Counted from the first letter of the stretch, positions 48,054 to 58,618 are shown. The stretch is DNA of 64,000 bases from an uncultured bacterium (GCA_963729625.1 CAVSOU010000011.1:672001-736000); one strand, 5' to 3'. A program made the numbers and translations. Notes: generated by a model not told the origin, from the sequence alone.

Positions 48054-51000
48054 GTGACCGATGACGACGAGGGGCAGCACCGCGGCGATGGCGATACGAC
48101 AGAGCGCACCGATCCGCTGACCGGCGCCCTGCCTCGCGAAGCGCTCGCATCGGTGTTCGACACCGCCCAGCACGTCGCTACCTCAATCGGCCTGCTGATG
48201 ATCGACCTGGATAACTTCAAAAGCATCAATGATGCATTTGGCCATGCAACCGGCGATCTGGTGTTACACACGTTTGCGGCGGATGCTCGCTCGGTGCTCC
48301 GCGCGAATGATACGCTCATTCGCTACGGCGGCGACGAGTTCGTTGTCGTGCTGCCCAGTGCGTCGCTGGCCGCGGCACATGAGGTGGCCGAGCGCGTGCG
48401 GATCTCCGTTGCCGGTCACGCCATGCCGACCACGCCGCCCCTCACCGTAAGCGTCAGTGTCGGCTGCAGCTGCACGGACGCCACCACACCGCAGCTCTCG
48501 CTCACCGACCTGCTGGCACAGGCTGACGGTCGTCTCTATCAGGCGAAACGGCGCGGGCGCAATCAGGTCGTTTCGGTCGAGGACGTACCGTCGGCTGCCG
48601 AAGCGGCGGAGGTGGCCGCCGACACGCAGGGGCGCTTGATCGAGCGCGACGGTGCGTTCACTCAGGCGCTGACCTGGCTTGACGCAGTGTTGGCCGGAGA
48701 ACGGGGACTCCTGCGCGTCGTAGGCGCGCCCGGCGTCGGAATGTCCCGCTTCCTGGAGGCGGTGGCGCGCATGGCGCGCTTACGTGGCTACCAGGTGCTG
48801 ACGCTCACCGGCAGCCCGGCACTGGGCTTGCGGCAGTATGGGGCGCTTTCGGACGCGTTGAGCAGCGCGCCGAGTGGCGAGCAGCATGACGCGCACGAGC
48901 TGTTGGAGGTTCCGGCGCCAGGCGAGGCCAGGGGATTCCTGGTGATCCTCGATCGCGCGAGCGACATTGACGCGTCAACACTGGAGCTTGTCTGGCAATT
49001 GGTCGCGCATCCAGGCGCTGGGCGCATTGGAGTGGTCGTGGGCCACAACCCGGCGGCAGCGGAGGTAGGCCGGCTGCCGGACCTGCGCGTCAGGGCCGAA
49101 GTCCGGTTGCAGCCCTTCAGCGTATCCGGATTGCAGGTGTGGCTGCGCACGGCGCTTCGCTGGGAGGCGCCAACCGATTTCAGCCTCTGGCTGTATGCCC
49201 AGACCGACGGCTATCCCGCGCTCCTGCAGGCAGCGCTGCAGCACGTACGTGCTGATGGCCTGCTCACGCGCCAGTCCAATGGTTCCGGGTGGGACGTCAG
49301 TCCCCTGTTCCGGGAATACGACCTCCGAGGCCTGCTGCAGCGCGAGCGCGCGCGTGCCGAGGAGGCGAGCGAGCTCGTGCGGCCCTACGGGCTGCTGGTC
49401 GGGCGGACCGACGAGCTCCGCACGATCAAGCAATCGATCGCCGGGGAGCAGCTTGTTGTGCTGGCTGGGCACGGTGGGGTTGGAAAGACGCACTTGGCTC
49501 TGCAAGCGGCAGCCGAGGTGGGCCCGCTATTCGCCGACGGTGCGGTCGTCGTGCCTCTAGCGGCGACTACCGCAGTTGAGTTCGTCGCCTTGGCGCTGGT
49601 GCGTGCACTTGCGCTGGCCGTCGTCGGTCAGCAGGAGCCGTATGCCGTCGCCGTCGAGTACCTGACTGCCCGTGACATGCTTGTGGTGTTCGACACGGTC
49701 GAGGATCTGCCGGGAATTGGCGTGCTGGTTCAGGACCTGCTCGCGGTGCTGCCGCGGCTGCGGATGCTGATGACGACCCGCGACGCAGCGGCCATTCAGG
49801 CAGATGCCATTATCACCGTCGATGGATTGCGCGACGCCTACGAGAGCGCCCGAGAGGACAGCAGCGAATCGATGACGGTCGCCGAAGGCGCGGGGACAGC
49901 GACCGCCTCAGCGAGCGACGGTTTGGCAGACAGGCCGATGGTGACTGGACCACTGGCAGGCGCCGCGCTCCTCGCCGGCCTGGCCGAGCGCGCGCTCGCA
50001 ACTCCGGCAAGCGATCTGTACGTGCTGGCGTCAGGCCATGGTGTGCTCGACGCCATACCGGACTCGGCAAGAATGGCAACGATAAGGCGGCTCTGCCGCT
50101 CCGTGCACGGCTATCCCCTGGCGATCAAGATGCTGGCCAGCTGGACGGGCTTCTTTGGCCACGAGGGAGTAGCTCTGCGCCTCGAACAACAGGTGCAAGC
50201 GGCCACCGGCGTCACAACTGCAGACGTCCCAGGAATCGCGATATCGCCGATGCAGGCGGTGTTCGGCTTCTTCTGGGCTTTGCTGGCAGAACGAGATCGG
50301 CGCAGTATTGGCGGCCTTGCGCTGTTTCGGGGCGGTTTCTCGGCGGAAGCGGCCCTTGATGTCGCGGACGTTACCCCATTTCTGCTCGCCGCCCTCGCCG
50401 ATCGTGCATTCATTCAGACCGAACGAATAGGACAATATCGCCTGCACGCGTTGCTGCGTCAGTATGCCTGGTCGTGGTTGCAGCAAGACGCCCAGGCCAC
50501 CGCGGCGGTCAAACAGCGCCACGCCGACTGGTACCTTCGTCTCGCCGCTGCAGCAGCCACGGACATTCGCGGTCCACGCTTTCGCGACTGGGTTGAGCAA
50601 CTGGAGATCGAGCTTGACAATCTGCGAACCGCGCTCACGTGGGCCCTTGACCAGGCGCCGCTGGCGGCACTCCAGGCGGCTCTCGACCTTGCGGAGTTCT
50701 GGCTCGCCGGATTCTATGCTCGCGAAGGGTATTCGTGGGTGGAGATTTCACTGGCATGTGCCGAGAACTGCTCCGATGGATTGGCGCCGCCGCTCCGGAT
50801 GGCGGCGCTTGGGCGGCTGGGGAGTCTGGCGCGCCAGTGCGGCGATACGGACGCCGCCCGCTTGCACTTGACGGCCGCCGTGGCCCTCGCTGAAGATCAG
50901 CGTGCCGGCAGCGACGGCGAGCTTGCCTATAGCCTCGGTGTGCTGTCCAATGTCGAATCGGACCTCGCAGCGCATGACCGCGCCGTCGACCTGGCGCGCA

Positions 51001-51830
51001 GAGCCCAGGACTGCGCGCGCCGCCTCGGGTCGCCGAAGGAGGTGGCTTTCACCGCCAACATGACGGTTTGGCCCCTGATCTTTGCCGGATCCCTTGAGGA
51101 AGCGACGCGCGTCGCGGAGGAGGGCATGCAGGCGAGCGCGGCCTGCGGCGATCGCCGTTCGACTGCCAACCTCATGAATGCCAAGGCTACGATCGCCTAC
51201 TACGATCCCGCCCGTCACGGCGAAGCCATCGCGCTCTACAAGCGCACGATCGAGCTGTACGACGAGCTGCACGACCGGAGTGGTGTCTTGCTGAGTTTCA
51301 ACAATCTGGCCAGCGTCTATGTCGATGATGTCGAGCTGGATCTTGCCGCTCAGGCCTTCGCGGAGGCGCGCCGCATGGGGCAGCGCCTTAAGCAGCACCA
51401 CATGATGGCCAATGTGCTGAGCGGCAGCGGCATGGTCGCCAGCCTGCGGGGCGATGACGTGGCTGCGTGGGGCTTCTGGCGCGAGGCGATGGAGCGTGCG
51501 CTGGCGTCGAGCAAGACTGTGATTCTCGAGGAGTGCGCGATCGGTCTCGCCTACGTCTGGGCGCAAGCGGGCTTCACCGAGCAAGCCGCCGTTGTGCTTG
51601 GCATGATCGGTCTTCAGCCAAGCGGTAAGCCATGGCTGCTGCTTCCGATCGAAAGGGTCAGTGCCTTGGTGCGGCCGGCGCTATCCGCGCCACGATGGGA
51701 GGCGCTGCTGCGCCACGGCGCCGGGCTTACCGTCAGCGCCATGGCGCAGCTGCTGCTGATGCGCACAGGGCCTCTCGACGTCCCCACGAACATCCTGCCG
51801 GACGTTGAGGGCTCCGCGCACCACGACTGA
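48054..51830 (+). CDS. Diguanylate cyclase fused to tandem P-loop (AAA_16 + NB-ARC) and TPR domains
   Basis: DLDNFKSINDAFGH, RANDTLIRYGGDEF; GAPGVGMS; GHGGVGKT; HGYPLAI; LHALLRQYA; TPRs. Confidence 0.92.
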   Translation: MTDDDEGQHRGDGDTTERTDPLTGALPREALASVFDTAQHVATSIGLLMIDLDNFKSINDAFGHATGDLVLHTFAADARSVLRANDTLIRYGGDEFVVVLPSASLAAAHEVAERVRISVAGHAMPTTPPLTVSVSVGCSCTDATTPQLSLTDLLAQADGRLYQAKRRGRNQVVSVEDVPSAAEAAEVAADTQGRLIERDGAFTQALTWLDAVLAGERGLLRVVGAPGVGMSRFLEAVARMARLRGYQVLTLTGSPALGLRQYGALSDALSSAPSGEQHDAHELLEVPAPGEARGFLVILDRASDIDASTLELVWQLVAHPGAGRIGVVVGHNPAAAEVGRLPDLRVRAEVRLQPFSVSGLQVWLRTALRWEAPTDFSLWLYAQTDGYPALLQAALQHVRADGLLTRQSNGSGWDVSPLFREYDLRGLLQRERARAEEASELVRPYGLLVGRTDELRTIKQSIAGEQLVVLAGHGGVGKTHLALQAAAEVGPLFADGAVVVPLAATTAVEFVALALVRALALAVVGQQEPYAVAVEYLTARDMLVVFDTVEDLPGIGVLVQDLLAVLPRLRMLMTTRDAAAIQADAIITVDGLRDAYESAREDSSESMTVAEGAGTATASASDGLADRPMVTGPLAGAALLAGLAERALATPASDLYVLASGHGVLDAIPDSARMATIRRLCRSVHGYPLAIKMLASWTGFFGHEGVALRLEQQVQAATGVTTADVPGIAISPMQAVFGFFWALLAERDRRSIGGLALFRGGFSAEAALDVADVTPFLLAALADRAFIQTERIGQYRLHALLRQYAWSWLQQDAQATAAVKQRHADWYLRLAAAAATDIRGPRFRDWVEQLEIELDNLRTALTWALDQAPLAALQAALDLAEFWLAGFYAREGYSWVEISLACAENCSDGLAPPLRMAALGRLGSLARQCGDTDAARLHLTAAVALAEDQRAGSDGELAYSLGVLSNVESDLAAHDRAVDLARRAQDCARRLGSPKEVAFTANMTVWPLIFAGSLEEATRVAEEGMQASAACGDRRSTANLMNAKATIAYYDPARHGEAIALYKRTIELYDELHDRSGVLLSFNNLASVYVDDVELDLAAQAFAEARRMGQRLKQHHMMANVLSGSGMVASLRGDDVAAWGFWREAMERALASSKTVILEECAIGLAYVWAQAGFTEQAAVVLGMIGLQPSGKPWLLLPIERVSALVRPALSAPRWEALLRHGAGLTVSAMAQLLLMRTGPLDVPTNILPDVEGSAHHD

Positions 51831-51838
51831 ATGTGGTT

Positions 51839-52366
51839 TTATTTGTGCAGGGCGATGCTGGCCGTCTTGGCTGACTTCGAAACGACGAGCACATCCCACA
51901 TTCCGGCCGAAGCATGGCCGGGCACGGCACAGATCAGCAAGTATGTGCCGGCCTTGTTCGCCACAAAGGAGAACTTCTGCGTCGTTCCCTTGGCGACTCC
52001 GCTCGTGGGATCGGGCGAATTCGCGCCCTTGAATGCGTCTGGAACCGTGGATACGGGGGGTGACTTTGCAAAAGCCACGATTTGCGCGCTGTGCCCCAGC
52101 GGTGAGTTATTGCTGAAGGTCACATTCACCCGATCGCCCAGTGGCACCGTGATCGTCATCTTGCCGTTACTGCCGCCATTGAAGTTGAACCCGCCGCCTG
52201 CATCATTGTAGGCTGCGATGAGCGTCAAGTTGACTGTTTTGCCTTTGGTGGCGACCCACGTTGGGGCCTGTGCCTGGTTCGCGAAGGTCATTGTCGCTCC
52301 TGCGAGGTACGACAGTCCCACTACAGCAGCGGCAGCCAGACGAGAAAAACGAAAGACACGCGACAT
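51839..52366 (-). CDS. Sulfocyanin-like blue copper protein (canonical H/C/H/M site)
   Basis: RBS GGAGGAG; signal peptide; FNFNG..ITVPLG, GHSAQIV, YLLICAVPGHASAGMW. Confidence 0.9.
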   Translation of the reverse strand: MSRVFRFSRLAAAAVVGLSYLAGATMTFANQAQAPTWVATKGKTVNLTLIAAYNDAGGGFNFNGGSNGKMTITVPLGDRVNVTFSNNSPLGHSAQIVAFAKSPPVSTVPDAFKGANSPDPTSGVAKGTTQKFSFVANKAGTYLLICAVPGHASAGMWDVLVVSKSAKTASIALHK

Positions 52367-52715
52367 TTGCTCCTCCGGGTTGAGTCTCAAGAGGGACCAC
52401 AATTGGTCCCTGGGAGTACGTGCCGGCGCTTCGTGAGGACTAGGCCGGCGTTTCGACGGGCCTACGGAATCTCTTCTCGGGCGCGTCCTACTACATAGTA
52501 TGGCAAAGTAAATCTTATTAAACCATGAATAGCGTAAGCCGAGAGGTCACGCGATCGTATCGCCCGTCTCAGGCAGTATGCGGAGATAGCCGCCGATCTC
52601 GCCGTTGATCCGGCTTGACGGGTCGATCCATCGCGAATTGTCGTCGAGCTGCACGACGATGACGTACCATCACGAAGGCCAGTGTTCCGGCAAGTGGGAG
52701 ATTGAGGAGAAGAGC

Positions 52716-53177
52716 ATGCCGACCATCACGAGCATTATGTACCGTCCCAAGGACTCTGCCGTGCCGATTCCAGCGGTCGGCTATCTGCGTGTCGCCCTGA
52801 CCGAAGCAACCCTGGTCGAAGGTCACGGCATCGAAGGTGACGTGAACGCCCAACCGCGTCGCAACCTCAACGTGATGGATAGGTTGACGCTCGGGGAGCT
52901 CGAAGCGGAGGGCTTTCCTGCCGCGCCCGGCGCTCTCGGCGAGAACCTGATACTTGACGGCCTCGACTTGCGCGTGTTGCCTGCGGACACGCAGATCCGC
53001 CTTGGTGCACAGGCCGTCATCGCGATCACATTGCCACGCACCGGATGCGGAAAATTGCATCGCATCGACGATCGTATGCCGGCGCAGACCGCGGGCCGGG
53101 TTGGCGTGATGGCTCAGGTCGTGCGGGCAGGCACGATTAGGGTCGGGGACCGCGCCGACGTGATCTCGACCGAATAG
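52716..53177 (+). CDS. MOSC domain protein
   Basis: GHGIEGD, PGALGENL, PRTGC.KL, GTIRVGD; RBS GAGGAG. Confidence 0.88.
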   Translation: MPTITSIMYRPKDSAVPIPAVGYLRVALTEATLVEGHGIEGDVNAQPRRNLNVMDRLTLGELEAEGFPAAPGALGENLILDGLDLRVLPADTQIRLGAQAVIAITLPRTGCGKLHRIDDRMPAQTAGRVGVMAQVVRAGTIRVGDRADVISTE

Positions 53178-53265
53178 ACGTACACATGCTCGTGGGCTTT
53201 GGCATGTCGACCGATCAAAGAGTGTCCGCAAGGCTGGCCGCGCCCGTTTGCCTGCGTTACGCCGG

Positions 53266-54105
53266 CTACATCGAGATCAGTGGGATGGCGAGGAGCACCA
53301 GTAGTATGCCTGTGCCCTGGATACGTGTCACACGCTCTCGCAACACGACTGCTGCGAGCAGGACGGTAGCCGCAGGGTAGAGGGAGGAGAGTATCGCCGC
53401 GATATCGAGACGACCACTGTGGGCAGCGAGCACGAAGAAGGCGTTCCCGCCGGCGTCCAGCAGTCCCGCGAGCAATACCAGGGGAGCAACCGTCATCGCG
53501 GGCACCTTCGGCTTGCTCTGCAGTCGCAACAGCGTGGCCAGCACGACGACCGAGGTCATGCGGGCGGCAGCGAGGGGCCAGAACGTGGAGGCATGATTCA
53601 CGCGGCTGATGAGGATGAAGAAGCCGCCGAAGCAGCAGCCGGCCAGCAAGGCGAGCCCGATTCCCTTCGGTGGGCCGAAGGTTCTTTCAGGGCGTGCTAT
53701 CAACCCGATCGCCAGCAGCGCAAGCACGAAGCCGCCCAGCTGAAGCACTGTCGGGAGTTGCACTGTGACGGCACTGAATAGCACGGGTAGAATAGCCGTG
53801 AGCACTGCCGAAACAGGGGCGGCGATGCCCATCTTCCCCATTGAGAGAGCCGAATAGAACGCGAGCAGCCCAAACACGCCCGCCACGCCGGCCACTGCTC
53901 CCCACACCAGACTGGAGCGATCTGGAACAGGCTCTTGTGTGATCAGGGCCAGTGCGATCAGAAAGACAAGACCCACCGCATACGAGCCGAGGACGACGCT
54001 CGCGGGATTCGCGCGGCGGGAGGCAAGACCACCGTTGAAATCGCCGCTTCCCCAGCATGCAGAAGCGGCAAGTCCAAAGAGGACTGGGCCAAAGGCGTGA
54101 CTCAT
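53266..54105 (-). CDS. EamA/DMT family transporter
   Basis: WGSGDF.GG, SSLYPA.TVLLA..LRER; ~10 TM helices. Confidence 0.9.
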   Translation of the reverse strand: MSHAFGPVLFGLAASACWGSGDFNGGLASRRANPASVVLGSYAVGLVFLIALALITQEPVPDRSSLVWGAVAGVAGVFGLLAFYSALSMGKMGIAAPVSAVLTAILPVLFSAVTVQLPTVLQLGGFVLALLAIGLIARPERTFGPPKGIGLALLAGCCFGGFFILISRVNHASTFWPLAAARMTSVVVLATLLRLQSKPKVPAMTVAPLVLLAGLLDAGGNAFFVLAAHSGRLDIAAILSSLYPAATVLLAAVVLRERVTRIQGTGILLVLLAIPLISM

Positions 54106-54128
54106 AACCTGCGCACGTATCTAGCGAC

Positions 54129-54749
54129 TCATGCGTTCTTGATTACGAGGTTCTCGATCACATTCGCCACGTCCTCGCACTTGTCAAAGGCCTTCTCCAT
54201 CAACGCGTAGAGATGGTTCCACTTGATCACGTCGAGCGGATCGTAGACTCCCTTCGTGAACAGCTCAGATATGGCGTTGCGATAGAGCCCGTCGCCCTCG
54301 TTCTCGATCCGGTTGACCTCGATCACGTAGTAATTCAAGCCCCTTAGTTCTTCGAGGCCGCCAACGGCGTGCTCGATTTGCTCGACCGCCGTGACCAGCA
54401 AGGTGCTTGCTTCCAGCAGGTAGACACTGGGGACCGGGACATTGTACAGCACCAGCATGGCCGCAATCTCTTCGATGAGGTCGATCACCGAGTCCATCAT
54501 GCTCGTAAGCGCCGCGATATCCTCGCGATCGATGGGCGTGACAAAGGTCACGTTGAGACGATGGAAGATCTCGTGCGCGATGCGGTCGCCTTCATGTTCA
54601 ATCTCCGCGATGGCCGCGGCCTTGCCACGCACACCTTCATAGTTGCGGAGCATGTCACAGAGAGCTTTCGCGCCCACGACGATGTTGGCTGCATGTCTCT
54701 GTAACATGACATAGAAGTCCCGCTCTTTCGGCAACAGGCTGAGACGCAC
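54129..54749 (-). CDS. DUF47 (PhoU-like phosphate transport regulator)
   Basis: EHEGD, TFVTPIDREDI, ENEGD, DKCEDVAN; RBS GGAGG. Confidence 0.92.
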   Translation of the reverse strand: MRLSLLPKERDFYVMLQRHAANIVVGAKALCDMLRNYEGVRGKAAAIAEIEHEGDRIAHEIFHRLNVTFVTPIDREDIAALTSMMDSVIDLIEEIAAMLVLYNVPVPSVYLLEASTLLVTAVEQIEHAVGGLEELRGLNYYVIEVNRIENEGDGLYRNAISELFTKGVYDPLDVIKWNHLYALMEKAFDKCEDVANVIENLVIKNA

Positions 54750-55243
54750 CGTTCAACCTCCGCGCGTGACAAGCGTACCTGTACGGACACAGCAGCGACA
54801 GTCGTAGCAGGCCGATATGGCTTCGCCGGCAAAGCCGTTGAAATTCCCCCCAGCCCGACACCGACCCGCCGGGGCGCCGCAAGCAACACCGAATGGCGCC
54901 CGCGAGTCTGGCCAGCGCCACTGGACGTGACCGGAATGCTCAGCACGCGGCCCTACTATAGGGATGAGAGCCCGGCATTGGGGCCGTGATGATTATACCT
55001 GCGCTCCCAGGGATCACGCAGGTTGCCGTTATCTCGCTGCTTTTGTCGGAGCGCCTCCCACTCGTCAGAGCCGCCACACGGGAGGTTGTCGCTGCGTGCT
55101 GCCCGGTGCCGGTAGTCTGTCAACCATCATCAGCGACATTCACCTGGCACAGCCGTGCCGGGTACTCACAAGAGTGGGTCATGCTACCCTGATGCCGCAG
55201 CTTCAGGCCTGATCGCCACCGCAATGAATGAGAGTTGACAGTC

Positions 55244-55480
55244 CTAGTAGGGCGCCGGCGGGTACGGTTCGTCAGGCGTAACGGAGCCGTCGGCAAGCAG
55301 CCAGTGATTCGTCTTCTCGCCCTTCCGCCCCGGACACGGTGCGCTGGGAGGGTAGGTCAACCTGGTGCGGAGACCGCAGAAGTCACAGGCCAGCACATTA
55401 CCAGCCGGATCGTCAAAGGGCCGGTTGACGTGCCACCAGTGCTCGCGCACCGCTATCCGCCTGAAACTCAGTTTCAACAT
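55244..55480 (-). CDS. Small putative Zn-ribbon protein
   Basis: RBS GGAG; ACDFCG..CPG..NHW. Confidence 0.55.
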   Translation of the reverse strand: MLKLSFRRIAVREHWWHVNRPFDDPAGNVLACDFCGLRTRLTYPPSAPCPGRKGEKTNHWLLADGSVTPDEPYPPAPY

Positions 55481-55606
55481 AGCCGTTCTCCGTATGAATG
55501 CCAGTCGCTGGCCAAGCGGATCGGAACTGTAGTACCAGAGTGACACACACTACAGGTAAACGCAAGTACACTTTCAGTATATCGACGACCGGGCAATGTG
55601 TCTGCC

Positions 55607-55732
55607 ACCATTCCTGGCAACGGCATCGGGCTGGCAGGGGTACACCACATGATCGCGCGACACGGAGGCTCTATTTCCCTGGACAGTACGGAGGGCGCAG
55701 GAACAACGGTCACAGTGCGACTGCCCCTACGT
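55607..55732 (+). pseudogene. Histidine kinase HATPase_c C-terminal fragment
   Basis: IPGNGIGLAGVHHMIARHGGSISLDSTEGAGTTVTVRLPL. Confidence 0.75.
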
Positions 55733-56359
55733 CAGAACATCAATCGGCGAACGCGCGCCGTACGCCAAGGTTCGCCGCTGGCCTAGAAGCTGCTTATGCC
55801 TCCGCTCTCGCAGGCGCGGAGCGTAGAGGCAGGTGACTGCAGCGGAATCTTCCGGCCGTGTCATGAGCGCCCACCTGAGAACGCAGCACCCCTTCACGCA
55901 CGCCGGCGTTCCGGTCGTTGGTCCCGCTCCCTGTCGGTCCATATGCTCATCCGGAAGCACGACGTATTGCCCTCCCGCCTGTCTCGCGCCGGTCGTAGTG
56001 TGAAGGTGCGGCGGGCAAGAGGGATCGTGGCAGGACGGTGCCAGGCGATGAGTATATAGCGCGACACGCAGTGCCCGGCATGCCGGCGGTCCCTTCCGGG
56101 TTAGGACCCCAGTCCGCAGAAACACCAAGGCGGGTTTGCCGGCGCGAACCGCCTCCTGGATCGAGTGCAGCGTACCGGATGAGCCGCCGGCCATGTGCAG
56201 TTTCCACGGCGCCGACCCGCAGCGCGATGCGCCAAACTGCGGTACCATGCACGTAGCAGTAGAGTTGCGTTCCCATGTTCATGGCTGTAGCTTGCTGGCG
56301 CTATTGGCGTTCAGTGTCTCGGCTGCGCAACGTGCCTGTGGCAAGGCGAGAATACCATT

Positions 56360-56662
56360 ATGGACTACTTTCCAGCTTCCACTCACTTCGTGTTGCGGGC
56401 CACACGGAATGGCACTGCCGGCAATGCACAGGGACGGACGCCAAACTACATCGATATCGGCACCTTTACTGCACGATCGTCCGCCGAAAACCGCGTAAGG
56501 CGCCTCTCGGCAGTGCGAGCGTTTGACGGCTACGTTTTGACTGAGGAGTCTGTGCGCTTGTTGACGAGCGGGTCGGCCGTGCTCAATACCGTGACATATA
56601 ACACGCACGGGGACGTTAGCACGCCGGGCTCACGAGCACGGGGAGGCGCGGCGCAGCGCTGA
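56360..56662 (+). CDS. Hypothetical protein (weak SPOR-like motif)
   Basis: YIDIGTFTARSSAENRVRRL; weak RBS. Confidence 0.3.
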   Translation: MDYFPASTHFVLRATRNGTAGNAQGRTPNYIDIGTFTARSSAENRVRRLSAVRAFDGYVLTEESVRLLTSGSAVLNTVTYNTHGDVSTPGSRARGGAAQR

Positions 56663-56830
56663 CGGTTTTCTCGACGGGCCGAGGACCATTTTGGGCTCCA
56701 CGTCGCGTTCGATCGTGGCGAGAACGGATGCTGGGGTCATACGACGTCGCCAGGGGGGCGCTGCTCGCTCGCGCTCGCCGATGAGTCTCCTCGCTGCTCC
56801 GTGCCAGCCTCTGAGCCTGCCAAACCTGGA

Positions 56831-57913
56831 CTACCGCGATAACACCGGCCTGCTAAACACAGCGCGCGCAACGGTATTGGCCGCTCGCCACGGCTTCGGT
56901 GACGATACTGTGAAGGGAGGCACTCTTCGCAGGCCGGCAAGAACCAGAAGAATGAGCGCTTTGGCCACGGGATCGCCGAGACGCACCAGGACCGCTGCCG
57001 CGGCAGCTGCAGGCAGGGGAACACCGGCTCCGGCGACAAGAAGGCCCAGAACAGCCCCATCCCGCGCACCTAACCCGTTAGGCAGGAAGAAGGTCACGCT
57101 CCCAATCACCGCTGCCACCGCCTGCACGCCGATCGCCGCCAAAAGGGACACGCCGGCACTGGGCGCGGCAGCCCGCACGAGCACCCATAGGGGCACGGTC
57201 CCTACCACCCAACCGATCGCCGCCACCGGAATCAGGCTGAGCAGATGGGGCAATGATAACCGCAACGGCAGGCCCGACGGATCGAGGAGGAGACGGGCAA
57301 CGTGCCATCGGGTGCATCGGCGAGGGCAGAGCGCGACGAGCATGAGAATGACCAGCGCCCCTACACCACAGGCTGCCGTAGCGATCATGACGACCAGCGG
57401 CCCATGTGTCCCCAGACCGGGCAGCGCATGGGTCGCCGCGGGAGCGGTCAGCAGCACCACGCCGCAGGGCGCCCAGACGACGCAACCAAGGAATCCGACC
57501 ACGCTGGCAAGACCCAGGACCAGTACGGCACGGCCGGCAGATACTCCGTGTCGCCGCAGGAGCACGATGCATTCGCCCGCAGCGCCAGCACCTGAGCCTA
57601 CATACGCGGCAAGGCCGGTCCCCGCATAGAGCGTGATACCCACGTGTAGGGCAGCGTGGTGGCCAAGACACCAGAGCACCCGCGTCCAGACCACGCCACT
57701 GATGAGCATCGAGATGACGGTCATGCTGAGTGCAAGGACCAAGGCCGTGGGACCAACGCGCAATATCGCGTGCAGCGCGAAGCCCCATCCGATGGCGCGC
57801 AATGCCATCAGCAGCAGGCTACCCAGAACCACGCCGCATCCAAGACGAAGTGCCAACGGCCGTAAGCCCACCTGGTAGCTTCCCTCCAACCGCATCACGG
57901 GCATGCGTGCCAC
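56831..57913 (-). CDS. Lysylphosphatidylglycerol synthase TM / flippase-like membrane protein
   Basis: Multiple TM helices; FFLPNGLGARDG and AVLVRL motifs. Confidence 0.8.
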   Translation of the reverse strand: MARMPVMRLEGSYQVGLRPLALRLGCGVVLGSLLLMALRAIGWGFALHAILRVGPTALVLALSMTVISMLISGVVWTRVLWCLGHHAALHVGITLYAGTGLAAYVGSGAGAAGECIVLLRRHGVSAGRAVLVLGLASVVGFLGCVVWAPCGVVLLTAPAATHALPGLGTHGPLVVMIATAACGVGALVILMLVALCPRRCTRWHVARLLLDPSGLPLRLSLPHLLSLIPVAAIGWVVGTVPLWVLVRAAAPSAGVSLLAAIGVQAVAAVIGSVTFFLPNGLGARDGAVLGLLVAGAGVPLPAAAAAAVLVRLGDPVAKALILLVLAGLRRVPPFTVSSPKPWRAANTVARAVFSRPVLSR

Positions 57914-58376
57914 GAATCAAGCAGAACGAGAGAGGAAGCGCCGCCGCCGGGCATCGGCTGTAACCTGGGAACGCGCGGTCAGCTGCTCGACCAATGTTGT
58001 TGTGCTGGCGTGCACCGTGATGATGTGCTTGGCGGCATTCTCGGCTAGCTTGGGCACTCTCCGCACGTACTGGCACTGCATCGCTTCAGGTGTGGCACCC
58101 GAGGTGGTGACCGTCACCCCATAGTATGGGCTCGCAGTGGGCAGGTGTCAAGTTTACTATAATTTTCCTCTAGCTATACCAAGCTTTAGAGGCGTGGCAT
58201 CGTGCAGTTTGCTTGAAGATACTAATAGTAATTGGCATTCAGGTAACGCGGGGGTGGCGTGCTGGCATGCTCCGGTCTGCTTGCCACGGCAGGCGCGGCA
58301 GGTAGCTCGGCTCGTCGAGCTGTGCTACTGCGGCAATCCTCTGCAGGAGGCGCTAACGAGGGCTTACGCATTGTAA

Positions 58377-58403
58377 CTAGCACTCGGTGCGCATGATTGC
58401 TAT
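58377..58403. promoter_or_regulatory. CIRCE-like element (HrcA operator)
   Basis: CTAGCACTC-N9-GATTGCTAT versus consensus TTAGCACTC-N9-GAGTGCTAA; upstream of hsp20. Confidence 0.72.
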
Positions 58404-58507
58404 CACGATCGGTGCGAACCACGAGGCTTATGGGAGAACGGGGCTACACCAGAGGCAGCCAACGAATCGCCAATGAACCATACTTTATAGTAAGTGGCTA
58501 AATCTTC

Positions 58508-58536
58508 TTGACATTATATGAGGAAAGGAGTACAGT
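58508..58536 (+). promoter_or_regulatory. sigma70-type promoter of hsp20
   Basis: TTGACA-17 nt-TACAGT. Confidence 0.7.
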
Positions 58537-58618
58537 TGGAGTATGTGGAGCGCGCCGCTCCTACACCAAGAAACCCACTGTACGATTCAATCGTGCGAGT
58601 GCGCACGGTTGGGAAAGA

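Noticed and set aside
52490-52540. Sixth TCAT-box promoter upstream of the second sulfocyanin
   Set aside because: Only one clear TCATG, and the spacing to a -10 does not match the 9-nt rule; left unassigned.
56100-56200. Minus-strand SSGTLHSIQEAVRAGKPALVF resembling a SLOG/DprA C-terminus
   Set aside because: About 20 residues only; cannot be distinguished from chance.
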